Shown: positions 47,361 through 62,389 of the stretch, one piece after another
How positions within the stretch are numbered: the stretch's first letter is position 1
How the letters are laid out: each line of letters begins with the position of its first letter
Assembly: GCA_964016885.1 (NCBI GenBank)
Contig: OZ024740.1
Span: forward strand, 240,560,001-240,624,000
Source: Eledone cirrhosa
Taxonomy: Eukaryota
Reading direction: 5' to 3'
DNA: 64,000 nt
Translations under genes and position numbers: made by a program
Notes under the pieces: model-generated
Told to the model about the DNA's origin: nothing
The model's input: only the letters and a program-made list of their open reading frames with translations
The model's database searches: none

Positions 47361-48731
47361 ATCCACTAAAATTTAACAGAGTTGACTCATCTTGAAGCAA
47401 TGTAACTTTCAGATCTCATGAGAGATCTTGCAATTAAATCAAGCATGAAATATATATCATAACTTAAGAAAAGCCATAAGTACAGATATGAATTTGAAAT
47501 GAAAGTGTGATATATCACAGTGATACACAATGTGGTCCCTGACAAGTTTCATAAGACCAAGGTAATCATCATCATCACAATTTAATGTCTATTTTCCATG
47601 CCTGCATGGGTTAGACAGAGTGGCATGTACTAAGGCCTGATTGCTCAAGTGATTATGTCCTACTTGAACACTCCATTTTTAGCTTGGTTTCTATAGTTGG
47701 ATGCCCCTCCCAATGCCAACTGCTTTACAGCGTGTACTAGAGCCATTTTATTCTAATTTTGGCATTACTACCTTACAAGTTGGACTGGATGCTTTTTATC
47801 ATGGCACCATTACTATTACCTCACTAAATGGACTGGTATTTTGTCATGCCACCAGCACTACTACCTCCTATGGCACGATGCCCCTCCCAACATTTTACAG
47901 CATGTACTAGGAATATTTTAGCCTGACTTTGGCATTACTACCGTACAGGGTGGAGTTGCTGTTTCTTATCATGGCAGCAACACTACCACCTCATTGGGTT
48001 TACTGGGTACTTTCTGTCATGGTACCAGCACTACTGCCTTCTAAGTTAAAAGTAAATTTACATGTATCTTATAACACAATGCATGATTAATTTCTTAATA
48101 TAAAATATCTACATCCTACTCTGTTGTATAATATAATTAAAAGTAAATTTATATTTGATAGTCCATGAAGTTTTCCTCATGAATTTTGTACCACTTTCTG
48201 TAAAAGGTTGTGTATCGCTAGTTTATACTGTTAAAGCAAAAACAATAGTTACTGACTTCATGACAGTCATTTTGATATGAAAAATTGAAGGTTTTAGCTT
48301 GCCTTCTCCGCAGTTGCATCTTAGGTTTTTCTTTAGGGTGTTTTAATGATAGGAACCCCAGTCCTATCATGTAAAGCAAGATGAAATGAAACATCATGCT
48401 CAAGAACACAATGTGTTACCTGGTTCAGGAATCGAACCCATAATGTTAGGGTCATGATTTCAACGCTGACGACTAAGACATACACCTTTACAGTCATTGT
48501 GTGAGTGAATATGTAAAAACATAACATTTCTAATAGTTACAAGTACTGGGTTTCGTAATGAAATTCAGAGTTGTAAAGAAGATACTAAGGCTTATTTGTG
48601 GGTGAAGAAAGTTGCCACCATTTCTCACTGGACCGTAATTAGCTAAATCAAATAAAGAAAAAAGTATTTGTACCTTACTATCAAGATTATCAACATTAAT
48701 GCCGATATCTTCATGCTAACATTGATTAGAC

Positions 48732-49008
48732 CAGAGGTTCTCAAACTTTTTGGGCCACCCCCACCCCAACCCTTATGACCATGTAATACGCTCAGTGCCC
48801 CCCAACCCTATTTCCAGAGTGACCTGCCTACACGCAAATTGGAAATAATATATAAATAAAATTGTTAATTTATATATATGTATTCAATATTTAATATACT
48901 ATTATATCATCTCTACCACCCCCACTGCCCCTTAGGTCCCACTGCCCCTTAGGCCCCAGCGCCCCCTGGACCTTCTGAAAGGTGTAGCGCCCACTCTGAG
49001 AACTTCTG
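48732..49008. mobile_element. hAT (Charlie/Buster-like) MITE
   Basis: TIR cagaggttctcaaa / ctgagaacttctg. Perfect 8-bp TSD gattagac (48724-48731, 49009-49016). Confidence 0.9.
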
Positions 49009-51119
49009 GATTAGACAGTTCTGTAAGATAACTTCTCTAAGTTGATAGTAAGGGGTTAAGTTAAGTCACAAATAATAATTAAAACACAGAAATTAAATCA
49101 CTAAAATCTTAATTAAATTTTACAGTTCAATAATTTTTTTCACTGGAACTATTTAATACTACAGTGATAGTCTTTAAGCCCTTAATGGCAATGTTAGGTC
49201 AACACAGTCAAACAGTTGATTTGCTGATAATTTACTGTGAAACATCATTAGACAACTTATGCACACACATCAGCTACTAAGCAATTAAGTTAGAAGAAAA
49301 CAATTTAACAGAGAAACTAACGTCTCATTTGTTTTGATCACAACATGGCTTATACTTGGAGTAAACTGACCTTGTTAAAACTATTATTGTTCCTCTCTCT
49401 TATATATTTCTAACTACCTAAGTGCAGTACAATACTACAATGTTATTTTTCATTCTATATGTCTCTAAAAAAATATCTACTATTCAATAGATTTTTAAAC
49501 AAACCATAACTTTATCTTAAGGACTCAATAAAATGAATATATCTATAGAAGGTGAACCAGGACCATGATGATTAGAGAAATGCTGTGCTGGAAAGAACCT
49601 GTCCAACCCATGCAAACATGGAAAAGCAGACATGTGGTGATGATGAAAAAAAAAAAGAAATTGCTTTGGAATTAAAAGTTTACAAATTTCAGTAGATAAT
49701 TTTGCAAATAAATTTTCCATGTTAACATAGATTACATCATCATAATATTTTTTATGTCCACCTGTCCATGATGGCATAGATTGAATGATTCTTCATGAGG
49801 CAGCATTCTATGGATGGATGCTTTTCCTGATGCCAACTCATTTCTAAGTAAGGCACTTTTTCCACACTGATCTGCACCCATAGAACAGATAAATTGCAGG
49901 ATGTATTGTTTACGCAGATGATAAACAATTGTTTCTACTTTTGGCACAAGGCCAGCAATAATCCCAGTGCATTACTGGTACTTTATTTTATCGACTCCGT
50001 AAAGATGAAAGGCAAAGTTAACCTCGGCGGCATTTGAACTGAGAATGGCAGCTGTTTTTAAGCAGTGTTAATGTGAAACTGCATGTGGAATCAAATGCTC
50101 ACACACACACATATAACAAGCTTCACAGTTATCATCTACCAAATTTCACTCACAATACATTGGTCAGTCCGAAGCTATTGTAGAAGATACTTATTCAAGA
50201 TGCCACACAATAGGATCGAACTTGAAATGACATGGCTGCAAAGCAAACTCCTTATTCATACAGCCATGCCTACATATATATCATTCTGTAAATTCAAACC
50301 ATTGAAACATGAAAATATACCTATATATCGCTCTATATGCCTCTCCTAGTAATAACACTACCTTTCCTGGTAACAACATCATATTACAACTTATTTAAAC
50401 CAAAACAATGTATGTGGTAGAAAGATCCCTTACTTTAATCGTATTTGATTTTTGTCTCAAGCTATTATTAAAGCTACACAGCTGAGCAAATAAGATACTG
50501 AACTGTTGATATAAGAGCTAATCCATATATAAGGAATAATGTTATATACAACTTAACATTTGGCTCATTAAATAAGGAGAACTATCAGAATCAGATGATA
50601 TATCAATTATCAAAAGAACATAGAATTGTAATATTCACTCTCTTTTATGGATAAATAATTAATTATACATTTATAAAATTAGGAAAGGTTAACAGTTATA
50701 GTATCAACCTAATTCTGAATTGTATTTTATGTTTATATACAATATAACATAATAATAAAGACACAAAATCAATCATTTAGATGATTTGAGCAATGAAGAT
50801 CATCAATTAAAGTGATGCCCCATTGTGGCTGCAGTCAAATGGGTGAAACCAATAAAAGAATTTAAAAAATAGCAGCAATAGGCATGGCATGACTTGATGG
50901 AATAATCTCACTATCTCTGTTAATTAAAGTCTCCCTCTTGAGAAATAATATTATTGTGAAATGAAAGATGAGAAACGAATATTTATCAAGATCTTTAATT
51001 GAGAAAGCAATTGGTAAGTTTGATTTTCATAAGCTTAACTACCTCTCCCAGAGATGACAGGCATCATATCAAATCACAAAGTGAGACAGTGTCTTCTACT
51101 CCATCACTTTTCCAAACAT

Positions 51120-51495
51120 CGGAAGTGAATGCAGAGGATATGCAATGGCTGGAGAGAAATGAAGCAAGCATGCTTCGATGTATGTGTAATGTTAACGTGC
51201 ATGAATGACAAAGCATGAATGAACTGAAAGAAAAACTGTATATAAGAGGACTTTGCCGGCATGGACATGTGAAGCATATGGATGATTACCACTGGGTGAA
51301 GAAGTACCAAGAAACTCCAGTGGAAGGAAGCCGAAATAAAGGAAGACCTGGGCATAGGTGGTGAGAGCTGACCTCAAATCACTGAAGTTCACAGAGGAGA
51401 TGATGAAGGCACACAAGAAGTGGAGGGACGCTATGTTGAAAAAGACCTGTCTAACCCCATACAAGCATGAAAAGTGGACATAAAATGATGATGAC
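51120..51495 (+). mobile_element. Decayed RTE 3' fragment
   Basis: AEDMQWLERNEASMLRCMCNVNVHE, tail gaaaagtggacataaaatgatgatg. Confidence 0.82.
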
Positions 51496-51739
51496 AAATT
51501 TATTACATTCCAATAGTTCTGAAACATTTTTGCAAGTGTGTACATGTTTTTTATAAGGATAAGGCCAAGAGAAATTAGCCAAGAATGTAGAGAGATGTCA
51601 ACAACTAAAGAACAGCTAAGAAGAAAAAAATGATCATAAAGAATCCCCTTTGAAACAGTAGAAAACAAAGTAAAATGAATGAAGTGCTCCAAAAAGATCG
51701 TCTTCCTAATGAGATTTTTTTTTTATTCTGTGATGCTAA

Positions 51740-52593
51740 AACTAACAACATCAACTATATACTGTATACTGTCTGATTGATTCACTCACAATACCATTGT
51801 TGTCTAGTGTTGTAAAGAGGATTTCTGCTTTGTAAAATTCCTAGTTGTTTTAGAAAATTTAGCACTTCCATAGATTTGAATTGAGTTCCTCTAATACTGT
51901 GGGTAATGCTGCGAATTCCAACTACAAAAAAATAACCCTTTGAGACATTGGACAACAGTTTCAGAAGTGATATCAGCACAAGACAAAAAGGTAATGTATT
52001 GAGATTTAGGTTCCACAAAATAAAATGGAAAGTATTCCATAGCCTGAGTAGGCTTTAGCTCAGGGCATAAAATATTTTAGAAAACTCATTAGAAGAAGCA
52101 GAAGATATTTTGCCTTTACATACATAATATAACAATAGTCTTAAATCAAAGCGACACAATTCATTATGTATACAGTAAAGTAGTTTACACTCTTTCTGAG
52201 CAGAACAGCATATTTGAGACAAATTAATGCTCTCATTCTCTTTTCCATATCAATAGAAAATGTCAAACCTATATGGAGAAATTTCGATCCCCCTACATAC
52301 TTTCTTATTCCTTATTTTGAATTTACAAGATTCACCAAACATAAACAAGTAATAATGTTGCCATTTAAGTAAGTACTCAATAATTGCTCCAGCTTCTTTC
52401 TTAATAAAATACACCAATTCACATTTAAAAATTATATAAGACAAAAAAAGTAATAGGATGCCCTCTTTGTGATAATGTTGCAGTGCGGTGTCTGACACAT
52501 CCATCTCAACTATAAAAGGAATGAAGTTGTTAACAGTCTGTGAGCAAGCATCTTCTACATTAATTTTAATTCTTTGAGCACAGCAACAGCTTC
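51740..52593 (-). pseudogene. Fossil Ty3/gypsy pol fragment (RNase H plus integrase)
   Basis: PFIVEMDVSD...KKEAGAIIEYLLKWQHY (RNase H-like, ORF 52250-52675) and RGTQFKSMEVLNFLKQLGILQSRNPLYN (integrase-like, ORF 51782-52018). Confidence 0.72.
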
Positions 52594-52597
52594 TTAA

Positions 52598-52814
52598 CCC
52601 TTTAACATTTAAACCGGCTGTGTCCGGCCAGACTTCTCTCACCTCTTTCTGTTCAAACTGGCTGTAACCAGCCACTTATACTGATGTTAAGGTATTGTTC
52701 TCAAAATAAATATCACAATCTCATAGATTCGATATTATGTGAGATATTATGTAAGTAAAAGACTTTGCTGTGAAAATATAATAGTAAATATAGAGTAATG
52801 TAAATGATAAAGGG
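52598..52814. mobile_element. piggyBac-like MITE
   Basis: TTAA|ccctttaacatt...aatgataaaggg|TTAA. Confidence 0.88.
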
Positions 52815-53524
52815 TTAAGGAATGGGAAAAGTGACACATTCTGTTATGAGTCATACTTCATAACAAAAATGTACTACACATTTGCTGTAATAAATTAACA
52901 ATACAATGATTTTTTTCAAGTTCCTTTTTATGAGTATCATCATCATTTAATGTCCATTTTCCCTGCTAGCAGGGGTTGGACGGGTTTTGACAGATTAATT
53001 CTGTATTCAAGCGAGGCTACTGACCTCTGAAAGCTTGTGTTTCACATACATATGTGAGTAGAGAAGATTCTTACTGGTGTATCAGGATTTGGGAGAAGAT
53101 AATGGTAAGAATAGCAAAAGAGTGGTAGTGGAGGAAGTGTGGATGGAGTGGGAGTGCACAGCATGGAGAGAGTAGTGTTATTTTGAATACAATAACCAAA
53201 AAAGATATCATAATCTCGATCATCATTTCACATCCAATTTTTCCATGATTGCATGGGCTGAATAATAAATTAATATAGTCACAGGTATACTGTGTGAGAA
53301 TAAAGTGTGTGATGGTCACAACTGGAACATCTTTCATCATATGTATGCTAAATATGGACAGAGTTGGAGTAAAATAATAAGTTTAAAAATTGTGCACTGC
53401 ATTATAAATGTTCATAGTTTCCTTAGTTGAGAGCTAATGGTGGAAACTCACAGAAAAAAATGTATCTTCCTTCTCCAAAGAAGAGAATCTTCCAGTTATT
53501 TGTGTCAAATGGAAAAATACAATA

Positions 53525-55899
53525 TCATCATCATCATCGTTTAACGTCTATCTTCCACGCTAGCATGGGTTTAGACGAGAATTGTCCCACTTGAGGTAAG
53601 ATTGGTCGTCTTGCTCGTGTAGGACTGTCTGGCGGGTTTTCTATGGCTGGATGCCCTTCCTAACACCAACCACGTTTACAGTGTGGACTGGGAGGTTTTT
53701 ACCGTGTTACCTACACGACCACATTACAGCGTGGACTGTGTTTTTTTGTCGTGACACCTACATGACCTCATTTATTTAGGACTGAATGTAGCGGTACCAA
53801 CATAACTTTACAGCGAAAAGGGTGGTGTAGATGGGAGTGGGGGTGGTGTAGATGGGAGTGGGGGTGATGGGATGGGAGTGCATTTTGGTTAAAAGGTGCC
53901 TACTGACTGTAGGTTTCGCTTTGTACTTAGACAAGACAGGTCTTCTGTATTACTGCATAACGCCAAAGATCTCAATCCAGTGACATTGTCTTGGAGAGGT
54001 GTAAGTGTGTAAGGTCGGAATTTATCAAATCGTCCCAGATTTTCTGGGTCTGCCTACTACTCCGTAGCTACCGTCTATTTTGATCGCCCTGCACTTTTTT
54101 ATACAGCTGTCGTCTTTCATGCGCATCACGTGACCATACCAACGTAGTCTTCTCTCGAGTAAACAGCATCTGATCCCTCTTATTCCTAATTTCTCGCTTA
54201 GTTCATTTATGCTTTGCCGTTCACGTATTACTATTACACATCCAACAGAGCATGCAAGCTTTGTTCCTCTCCAGTCTGCGTAGATCCTCTGCACACAAGA
54301 CCCATATCTCACAGCCATGTAACATTGCTGTTCGTATGCAAGCATCATACAGCCTGCCTTTCATTTTTAGAGAGAAACCTTTAGCAGCCAATAGTGGTAT
54401 AAGCTCTCTGAACTTTTTCCATCCCGTTCTGACTCTAGCTACTGTACTTTCAGTGCACCCTCCACCACTGCTGATTGTGTCACTCAGGTAACGGAAGGTG
54501 TTCACTTTCTATAGAACCATCTTGGCAATGAAAGGAGCTAGTATCGTGTGGGCACTTGCTACTATTTATTGCACCTGAGCACCGGCCACATATAAAATCT
54601 ATGTTCTTAGTTAGCTTACCTGTGATCCCACTGCATCTTTTATGCACCCATACTTTGCATTTGGGACATAAAATGGAGTTTCTGCCTACTCCTTTCCTAC
54701 ACACTGAGCATGGCCATTTCCCAGAGGGGACCAGTGCCCTATTATCCTTCCTACATACTAGCACTTTAGTCTTAGACAAGTTAATTTTAAGGCCTTTTGA
54801 TTCTAGGCCATGCTTCCATGTTTGGAATTTCTTCTCTAGTTCAGCCATCGATTCAGCTATGTCATTCAGTTAGGTCATCTGTGTATAGAAGTTCCCATAG
54901 GCAGCCGGTTTTGAACTCCTCTGTTATAGCCTGAAGGGCAATAATAAATAAGAGGGGGCTAAGGACAGAGCCCTGATAAACACCAACTTTTACGCTAAAC
55001 TCTTCACAATATTCATTGTTAATTCTAACCTTATTGACTGTTTCTTTATACATGGCTTGTATAGCTCTCACAAGCCATTCATCAACACCTAGTTTTCTAA
55101 GAGCCCACCAGATAATGGAGCGGGAGACTCTGTCAAAGGCTTTTTCCAAGTCAACAAAAGCTAAGTATAGGGGTTTACTTTTAGCTAGGTACTTCTCCTG
55201 TAGTTGTCATACAAGGAAAAGAGTGTCTGTGGTACTTTTACCTGACACAAACCCGAACTGCATTTCATCTAGCTCAATTCGCTCTATGATTAGTTGCGCT
55301 ATAACTTTTTCTGTGACCTTCATGACCTGGTCAATTAATTTAATGCCTCTATAGTTTCCCCTATCTAGGGCATCTCCTTTTACCCTTGTAGCAGTTAATG
55401 ATGATGCTGCTACGCCAGTCCTTTGGTATGACCCCATTCTGTATGACTTGGTTTATTATCCGGGTGACCATAGTGTGTCCCACCGTTCCAGATGCTTTCA
55501 GCATTTCAGCAACTATTTCCGAAGGCCCACTTGCCCGTCTTCATATCCTTGATTGCCTTACTTATTATACTACCTTCGACTTGCACTGCTGGTCCCTCTA
55601 TTGGGTCGATGTGGGGCAGACTGTCTTTGTCCCATTTATTCTCCTCATTTAGTAGCCTTTCGTAGTGACACTTCCAAGCTACCTTCTTATCAGCGTCAGT
55701 GATGGCAAGTACACCATCATCATTACAGACACACTTCTCCCCGACAATATCACGGTTTTCCTTGACACATTGCCTAGCAATCCTAAACACCTCACGTTTT
55801 TGGTCCTCGCGTTGTAGAACATGCTTCCCTTCTTGCGAAGTACACTTGTCACCTAGCTTCCCTCCTGGCCACTTGATAGTCTTCTCTACTTCTCCCCTC

Positions 55900-55902
<3 letters not shown>
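53525..55902 (-). mobile_element. 5'-truncated RTE LINE (family 1), moderately decayed
   Basis: ORF pieces across 54025-55991 match the 22.9-26 kb copy. Full 3'UTR and (ATG)n tail. The 5' end abuts (TA)n(CA)n. Confidence 0.94.
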
Positions 55903-55973
<71 letters not shown>

Positions 55974-56713
55974 ACACACACACACACACACAGCTAAATT
56001 TGCTTATATCTAAATTAGAAACTGTTTGAAGATAAAAAAAAACAATATAAAAGATGGCAACCTACTACTGCAAACCACTGACTAGTTTTGTTGAGATTAG
56101 GGTTAGGGTTAGAGCAAGGATCCAGCTAAGTGCAGTAAATATGGTGGTCATTGATCAAGCTCCGTTGGTTTTAACAATGAATGTTCCAGTTGTTTGATCA
56201 ACATTATAGCCTGCTTATGAAATTAACATGTAAGTGGCTGGGCATTCTACAGTCATATGAACCCTTAACATATATTCTTAGGGAGATTCAGTGTGACAGA
56301 GTAAGACATGGCTTTTTCTTTGAAATACAGGCAAATCCATTCGACAAGCTTCCAAACAGTTTCTGTTTACCCAGTTTCACTTAAAAAGTACAGTGGGATT
56401 GAACCCAAGACCTTATGATTGCAAAGCATACCTATTAACCATTTGGCCATGCTGCATCCACAGCATGGTGGTGAAATAGTATATTGGATAGAGCGGAACT
56501 GGAATAAGTGAATGAAAGAAGTAACAAGAAGAAATATCAGTAAGCTGAATAAGAAAGAAACTACGAAAGTTACTGAACAAGGAATGAGTAGGATAATAAT
56601 GACATACTCTAAATGGAATCAACAAAAGGGTCAGCTATTGAATTTAGTTTCAGCATAATAAGTAATAAAATGAGTGAAGAATAGAAAATCTGTTGAGATG
56701 TTGAGAGAATATG

Positions 56714-56875
56714 CACAAGGCCAGCAATCACCCCAGTGCATTACTGGTGCTTTATTTTATCGACCCCGTAAGGATGAAAGGCAAAGTTAACCTCAGCAGG
56801 ATTTGAATTCAGAACGTAAAGGGCCATAACTCTGTGCTGCAAAGCATGGTGTCTGATGCTCTACCGATACTGTCA
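56714..56875 (-). mobile_element. SINE family B
   Basis: Homologous to 33555-33740. Confidence 0.85.
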
Positions 56876-59183
56876 ACAGTGCTGATTATTCAGTAAACCA
56901 GGTAGTGCAGAAAAGAGTTATCCTAAATAACTGAATTAGTAGAATCATTGTAAGCTGTTACATGAGCAAATGTGATGCACTGGAAAAAGGGAAATTACAG
57001 AAACTCCAATCTGAGAGTGCAAGTTTTAAATATAGTTGAGAGTTACTGTAAAGTTTGCACAGTTAAGGCTCAATTTAAATAAGATGCAATTTGTGTTTTA
57101 CCAGGATGTGGGGAATCATAGATGCCATATTTCTGGTGAGATAATTGTCTAAGAAGTTCTGGTTAAAAATAAATAATTCCACTTTGCATTTGTCAAGCTA
57201 CATGGTTCTTTGTCAATCCCAACATGCACCACTTTCAGCAAGTATTTCCAATAACCTTAGTTTCACCAATACCTTGTGAGTGCAATTTGGGGAGCAGAAA
57301 CTGTGCTAAACATGCCGTAGGGTTGAGAGGACTCTTTTAGTCATGTTGAAAACAAACTCTCTAGAGTTAATGCGGTGATAAAATACACCCAGCCCACTCT
57401 GTAAAGTGAGTGTTGATACCACAATAAAATGCACTCAGACTCTATAAGTGCAATATATAGGCAAGAAAAGGTTCTCCAAACTGTCCAACACCAAAATATA
57501 ACTACCTGTCCAACCCATACCAGTATAGAAAACAGACATAAAATGATGATATATCTTCAATCAATATATATATTGGTGAAACATGTAAACATTTTCATGA
57601 AAACTGAAAATCTGTCAATCTTCAGAGTTCTTTGATATTTGTTCTGCACACAGTTACACACACTTTCTTGTTGCTATCATCATCATTAGGTACTGGCTTC
57701 AATCCCACTGCTTGACATCTTGGGCAAGTGTCATTTACCATAGCTGCAGGTTGACCCATGCCTTCTGAGTGAAACTGAGTAGATAGAAACTGTTTGGAAG
57801 CCTGTCTGATCGACTGCTCCTGTAATTCAAAGCTTTGAACAAAGAGCTAACCTTGTTACACACTGTGTCAAGCTGAGTTACCCTGAAAATTATGTTACGG
57901 GTAAACATGCCTGAGGACTATTCAGCCGTTTTATGAGTAGGCTGTTCTGTTGATCAAACAACTGGAGCACACATCATCAACACCAACAGAAATCCATGTA
58001 TTTTATTTTAGCCATCTGAAATGCAGCAAACTAAGGATTAGAAACCTTTCACCAACAATGCTGTTATTCACCAATTGTAATAAAAAATATGATTAAACAA
58101 TAACCCGAAAAAAGCTTTTATAGTTGACTGAACACAAAGGAGACATTATCAGAGTAAATGAAGCAGCTATAATGAAATCAAACCCAGTTTTTAGTCTCAT
58201 TCCACCTAGAGCATAATGCATATCTTTATATATTATATATAATATAACCTTAAAAGAAAAGCTATTCCTGGTTAATATATATATACATATATATAAAGAA
58301 AAAGAGGTTTGTTTTTTTTTAAATGAAACAAACGAGATGTCCTATATATGCACATACAGCATCAAGGAATGAATACAGGAGAGGGTGGGTGAACTACAAA
58401 GGGGGGTGAGAGTAACAGATGCCAAACTATCTCTAGTTTTGTGGTCAGTGTGGTGCAGCGAATTTTAATGATCAGATAAGAAGAGGATGAGATATAAAGG
58501 ACATGATAGTTGAAGGTGTGTATAGTAGATTAAGAGAAAGAGACTTAAAAGAATATAGTGTGCCTTGCTTCCAGTGATGGATGGGTCATTACCACCACTG
58601 TGACCCATAATCATCATAGTTCTCTCCTCTCTTTGTTGTGAGGTTCAGCTTTTTGAAGTCAGTTTTCACCACTTCACCCCATGTCTTTCTAGGTCTACCT
58701 CATTTATGTATTCCATCAACTTCAAAAGCTCAGCACTTTATACAGCTGACATCTTCCATAATCTTATATATCTAATCCTTCCACCAGCCTTGAATCTTAT
58801 GAATGTATCCCCCAACCACAGCCCTTTCTGAGCAGCCAGTCATCACTATCTCCGCTGGACCATTCCTAACAACATACACCACCCAACACTATTCTCCTCC
58901 TGCCTCTCTTTCATTCTCTCTTTGTAATAAATATGTAGCTACCATAGCTCCTACCACAGTGCCTCTAGTATCACACTCACCCATTACTGCCTCTCTTTGG
59001 CCGAGATCACAATGGCATCTCTAGTGTTGATGCCAAGCTAAAATGCACTCAGTACATTTTGTAAGGTGACTGATGTTAAGAATAGCATCAGTGGTTGTCA
59101 ATATTTCAAGATGACATGATCACCAACTTCTATATCTGAATGTTTGCTTTTCTAATCAGCATAGATTTTGCCCTATTATTATG

Positions 59184-59372
59184 TGGATTGGCAGTATCGG
59201 TAGAGGGTCGGATGCTATGCTTTGACGTATAGAGTTATGGCCCTTGCCATTCTGAGTTCAAATCCCACCGAGGTTAACTTTGCCTTTCATCCTTACGGGG
59301 TCGATAAAATAAAGTACCAGTAATGCTCTGGGTAATTACTGGCCTTGTGCCAAACGTAGAAACAATTATTAT
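59184..59372 (+). mobile_element. SINE family B, full length
   Basis: gtggattggcagtatcggtagag...gagttcaaatc...gtagaaacaattatt. Confidence 0.88.
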
Positions 59373-59769
59373 TGCTATCCTTTCACTCAAGAAGCCTTCT
59401 TCAATTGAATAACCAAGGCCTTTTCATTGAACTGGAAACCATGTTAAATAGCACTATATGACTTGTGTAAATGCTACACTGAGCAAAGAAACGACATGAA
59501 AAGAACTACTTTATAAAAAGATAAGCCCGCCAAAATACAGTTATATAAAATACGGGTATACAAGAAATGTAAAGAAAAAAAGTCAATTATATGAAAAAAA
59601 GATGATATAACCAAAAACCAGAGTTACCATCAAACATGAGCAATAACTAAACTAGAGAAACAACACAAAGAGGATAGTTACATAGATAGTCGTGTTTCTC
59701 CAAGCATACATTGATACTTTCTTCTTTAACAAACCTAACTGTAAATTATATACATACAACAAATTTACA

Positions 59770-61260
59770 GATGTATAATAACCAGGTAATAGATGATGAT
59801 GTCATACCAAATGACTAAAGTAACAGTATAATCATTACCGAATAATCATTATAATGTATAATCATTACTTGAATATAAGTCGATTAAAATATAAGCAGAC
59901 CCCACTATTTTATGTCTGAGAAATGGGCAAAAATCCAAATCTTATTTGAAGCTGGTGAAAATTCTCAAAATATTGGCTCCAAATATAAGCCAACTTCCCT
60001 TCTACCATCAATTTTTTGGTCACATATTCCTTGGCTTGTATTTGAGTATAAACAGTAATTGTTACAAGGGAAAGGTAATATTCAACAAAGATGCAAATAT
60101 TGAGTCATTAAATTGATGAATCAAGTTTTGAAAATACAAAATTTTAGTTTTGGCACAACTAATTAGGAAAATAATCAGATTAGATGAGATGAAGTTAGTG
60201 TTGTGCTAGAAATGAGTACCACTAAAAAGAAGTTCCTTGCTAAGTGTAACCTGCTATAACTAGCCTTTGTTGATCTGTTATCTAGTGTCCCTTAAGGAAA
60301 CTAAGAGTAGGAGACTGGCTTGTGAGAGCAGTGAAAGCCATGTAGAAAGGTGTTGTCAGCAAACTGATTGTAGTTAATGAGTTTAGTTAAGAATTCAATG
60401 TGCAGGTGGGTGTTAATCAAGATTCAGACCTGAGCCCAATCTTGTTTATTAATAGTTCTCCCCGCCATACCAGAAGTTTCAGACTGACTGTCCAAGGAAA
60501 CTTCTATATGTTGATGATATAGTACTTACAGACAAATCTGCAAAAGATTTAAAGAAAAAATTCCAAACATGGAAATAAAACCCAGAGTTAACAAAGACCA
60601 AAATCTTAATAAGAAAGAAGAAATCATTCTATCAGGGAAGTGGCTATGCTGAATTTGTAGAAAGGGAGTAGGTAGAAACTTCATATAGTGCATCCAATGT
60701 AAACTTTGGGGGCACAACAAATGTAGTGTGATTACAGACAGGCTAACAGAGAAAAAAAGATTTTGTGTGTGGCAGATGCACAAGGTTAGTTGATAGTATG
60801 AGCCAGTAATTACCCCAATGCGTTTACTGGTGCTTTATTTTATCAACCCCATAAGGATGAAAGGCAAAGTTAACCTTGGCGGGATTTTAACTCAGAACGT
60901 AAAGGCCCATAACTCTATGCCGCAAAGCACGGTTTCTGACGCTCTACCGATACTGCCAATCCACTGCCCTAATCAGAATAATAATGAGGTGCAAAAAGTT
61001 CAGAAAGCTACTACCCTTGCTGACAACGAACAGATTCTCTCTCTCTCATTGAGCAAAAGAGTAGATTATATAACATCTGTGTACAAAGTGTGATGTCGCA
61101 TGGAAGGAAAACATGGGTATTGAATGCAGATAATGTAATGTTTGTGTGCAAGAGAGAAGATTACAGTGGTTTGTATACATGATGTGTATGGATGATAATT
61201 GTTGGGGGGAAAAGTGCCAAGTGTTTTAAGTGGAAGGAAGCTGCAGAAGAAGAAGACATA
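59770..61260 (+). mobile_element. Highly decayed RTE RT/C-terminal remnant, interrupted by SINE B (~60800-60970, minus)
   Basis: Relics such as gcctttgttgatctg, ggtgttaatcaagattcagacctgagccc, ctatatgttgatgat and gggaagtggctatgc are collinear with the other RTEs. Confidence 0.7.
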
Positions 61261-62222
61261 CATACATAAATAAATATATATGAATATATATATATATATG
61301 CTTTGTTATTTCTATTTGCCTTTTGCATATCTATAGATGTAGATGTATATAGGTGTATATCATTTTTAGGGACTTTATCTATTTCTCTTATCTCTCTCTC
61401 TTTTAATATCATAATCATCATTTAACATATATACAAGCAGGGAAAAGCGGATGTAAAATGATGATGATATATATATATATGTATGTGTGTAAAGTGGTCA
61501 TGATGGTGACACGGCAAAAAAAAGCGACCAGCCCACACTCTAAAGTGGTCGTGTAGGTGTATCCACCATCCAGCACACACTGTAAATGTGGTTGGCATTA
61601 GGAAGGCCATCCAACTGTAGAAACCAAGCCCAAAACAGTTCTGTGTGAGCAAGACATGGTCACCTGACACAACTTAACCCAAACCCAAACGAGATAACCC
61701 ATCTAACCTATGCTAGCATGGAAAAAAATGGACGTTAAACGGTGATGATGATATATAGTGTTTTAGGTGTATTTTATTGTGGCATCAGCACTAAAGAAGT
61801 TGTCTTGTCCTAGGCAAGACATAACACAATAATTAGAAAGAGACAGACAGATGTATAGACATATCTCAAACACCACTGTCAATCTTTTCTTCACAACCAC
61901 TATCTATACTCAATCTTTCACCCCGCCCTCCCCTTTGCCTCCTTATATAAAATATGTGTATGTGTAAACAAATAGTAATACCAGATGCAACTCTATGCTT
62001 CTTTCACTTTGCCTCGCTCTCTATGTAAACAAATAGGAGCAGAAGCAAGAGTAGAAAAGATAGAATGTGCTTGTAGTAGAGAAAGAAGTGGGTAAGTGCA
62101 TTACTCTCCCTCCATTTTACATACATACATACAGACAGACAGACAATGCTAATAAAATGTTTGGCTTAGTAGAGGTCATCTGATTGTTTGAATTATTTAG
62201 AGAAAGGACAAATATGTTGTAT

Positions 62223-62268
<46 letters not shown>

Positions 62269-62353
62269 AAAAGGTAAACAGAAATAACAACACAATCGGT
62301 ACAGTATATGCAAGGAATATATTAGGTTAACGCTTGAAATAGCAGGAAGCGGG

Positions 62354-62389
62354 TCTTAACGTTTCAGACGCTAGTCTTTCATCAGAAGA
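62354..62389 (-). ncRNA. Minimal type I hammerhead ribozyme motif in a probable Penelope-like remnant next to (TA)n
   Basis: Minus strand tctt-CTGATGA-a-agac-tagc-gtct-GAAA-cg-TT-aaga. Stems I and II complementary, palindromic AACGUU. Confidence 0.62.

Noticed and set aside
48672-48714. Minus-strand MKISALMLIILIV signal-peptide-like stretch before a gt
   Set aside because: Short, weak donor, wrong phase for the aralar exon, no homology; likely chance in AT-rich DNA
56097-56112. TTAGGG telomere-like repeats
   Set aside because: Only about 2.5 units; not evidence of an interstitial telomere
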